From the human T2T-CHM13v2.0 reference genome, Homo sapiens, in the NCBI RefSeq assembly GCF_009914755.1, contig NC_060937.1: a stretch of 64,000 bases of DNA; one strand, written 5' to 3'. Positions 62,601-64,000 of this stretch are shown here, piece by piece (within the stretch, counting starts at the first letter, position 1; each line of letters begins with the position of its first letter). The position numbers were made by a program, and so were the translations under genes. The notes beneath the pieces were generated by a model. That model did not search any database and had not been told where the DNA came from. It saw only the letters and a list, made by a program, of their open reading frames with translations.

Positions 62601-64000
62601 AAATATATATTATATTAGGTACATAAAATATGAAAGTACATCAAATATAGATTATACACTGTACATAAAATATCAAAGTACCCCAAATATATATTATATA
62701 CTCTACATGAAATATCAAAGTTCACAAACTATATATTATATACTGTACATAAAATAAAGTCCCCAAAGTATATATTCTATACTGTAGAAAAAATATCAAA
62801 GTACCCAAAGCATGTATTATATACTGTATATAAAATATGAAAGTACATCAAATATACATTTTATTCTGTACATAATATATCAAAGTACACCAGATGTATA
62901 TTCTATAGTGTACATAAAATAACAAAGTACAAAAACTATAAATTATATACTGTACATAAAATATGAAATTACATCAAATATATATTAGGTACATAAAATA
63001 TGAAAGTACATCAAATATAGATTATATACTGTACATAAAATTCCAATGTACCCCTAATATATATTTTATACTCTACATGAAATATCAAAGTTCACAAACC
63101 ATATATTATATACTGTACATAAAATATCAAAGTACCCAAGGTATATATTCTATACTGTACAAAAAATATCAAAGTACCCAAAGCATGTATTATATACTGT
63201 ACATAAAATATGAAAGTACATCAAATATATATTTTATTCTGTACATAAAATATCAAAGTACACCAGATATATATTCTATAGTGTACATAAAATATCAAAG
63301 TACCCAAACTATACATTATATACTGTATATAAAATATGAAATTACATCAAATATATATTATATTAGGTACATAAAATATGAAAGTACATCAAATATAGAT
63401 TATATACTGTACATTAAATACCAAAGTACCCCAAATCTATATTTTATACTGTACATGAAATATCAAAGTTCACAAACTATATATTATATACTGTACATAT
63501 AATATCAAAGTACCCAAGGTATATATTCTATACTGTACAAAAAATATCAAAGTACCCAAAGCATGTATTATATACAGTACATAAAATATGAAAGTACATC
63601 AAATATATATTTTATTCTGTACATAAAATATCAAAGTACACCAGATATATATTCTATAGTGTACATAAAATAACAAAGTACACAAACTATAAATTATATA
63701 CTGTACATAAAATATGAAATTACATCAAATATATATTAGGTACATAAACTATGAAAGTACATCAAATATAGATTATATACTGTACATAAAATATCAATGT
63801 ACCCCAAATATATATTTTATACTCGACATGAAATATCAAAGTTCACAAACCATATAATATATACTGTACATAAAATATCAAAGTACCCAAGGTATATATT
63901 CTATACTGTACAAAAAATATCAAAGTACCCAAAGCATGTATTATATACTGTACATAAAATATGAAAGTACATCAAATATATATTTTATTCTGTACATAAA

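Larger units (their letters stand above)
1..64000 (+). repeat. Human satellite I (HSat1A / SAR) tandem array: 42-bp monomer, 378-bp 9-mer HOR, open at both window ends
   Basis: Seen: continuous 42-bp period ACATAAAATAT(C/G)AAAGT-AC...TATATTATATACTGT across the window in one orientation, and the 14-aa periodicity of every + ORF confirms it. Known: satellite I is a 42-bp repeat of alternating 17- and 25-bp RsaI fragments, and HSat1A has a 378-bp 9-mer organisation. Family assignment is by recognition, not by database search. Confidence 0.96.

Noticed and set aside
418-63502. Over 100 + strand ORFs (up to 362 aa) encoding Y/I/K/S-rich 14-aa repeats
   Set aside because: 42 and 378 are multiples of 3 and one consensus frame lacks stops, so ORFs arise automatically. 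They are broken at random by 5-, 2- and 1-bp indels and nonsense variants, and the MKLHQ starts are produced by the 5-bp deletion frameshift. There is no sign of coding constraint.
1-64000. CRISPR-like alternation of a conserved ~17-23 bp part with a more variable ~20-25 bp part
   Set aside because: The variable parts are homologous to each other and cycle every 9 monomers rather than being unique spacers. There is no leader and no cas genes.
1-64000. Phase-variable or antigenic-variation repeat-protein locus of an AT-rich microbe or parasite
   Set aside because: There is no unique flanking domain, signal peptide, promoter or recombinase, and the sequence matches primate satellite I organisation.
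1-64000. Alpha satellite/CENP-B boxes, HSat2/3 (CATTC)n, or HSat1B
   Set aside because: No 171-bp period, no CENP-B box, no CATTC repeats and no Alu-containing 2.4-kb unit. The ~2.25-kb period consists solely of 42-bp monomers.

Overview
The whole 64-kb window is one uninterrupted, single-orientation array of a very AT-rich (roughly 20-25% GC by eye) 42-bp tandem satellite. It is organised as a 9-monomer, 378-bp higher-order repeat (HOR), about 170 HOR units or about 1,500 monomers. The monomer (17-bp ACATAAAATAT(C/G)AAAGT plus a 25-bp part, both bounded by GTAC/RsaI sites) and the 378-bp 9-mer match classical human satellite I (HSat1A/SAR), a pericentromeric and acrocentric satellite. A great-ape orthologue cannot be excluded and the chromosome cannot be assigned by eye. 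No gene, RNA gene, transposon, CRISPR array or inversion is visible, and the ORFs are a by-product of a 42-bp (14-codon) period with one stop-free frame. The informative signal lies in the variant structure: 378/373/375/370-bp HOR length classes, 4-, 5-, 7- and 8-monomer HORs whose junctions reuse an internal homology, and a recurrent ~2.25-kb (6-HOR) super-period. There are also nested duplications at offsets from 0.75 to 20 kb, regional subfamilies and a diverged island at 47-49 kb. A speculative functional lead is that the + strand is saturated with perfect Pumilio elements (TGTANATA). Monomer labels used below, by + frame translation: M1 YIKYQSTPNIYYIL, M2 YMKYQSSQTIYYIL, M3 YIKYQSTQGIYSIL, M4 YKKYQSTQSMYYIL, M5 YIKYESTSNIYFIL, M6 YIKYQSTPDIYSIV, M7 YIKYQSTQTIHYIL, M8 YIKYEITSNIYYIR, M9 YIKYESTSNIDYIL. 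Breakpoints were placed by eye and are approximate.
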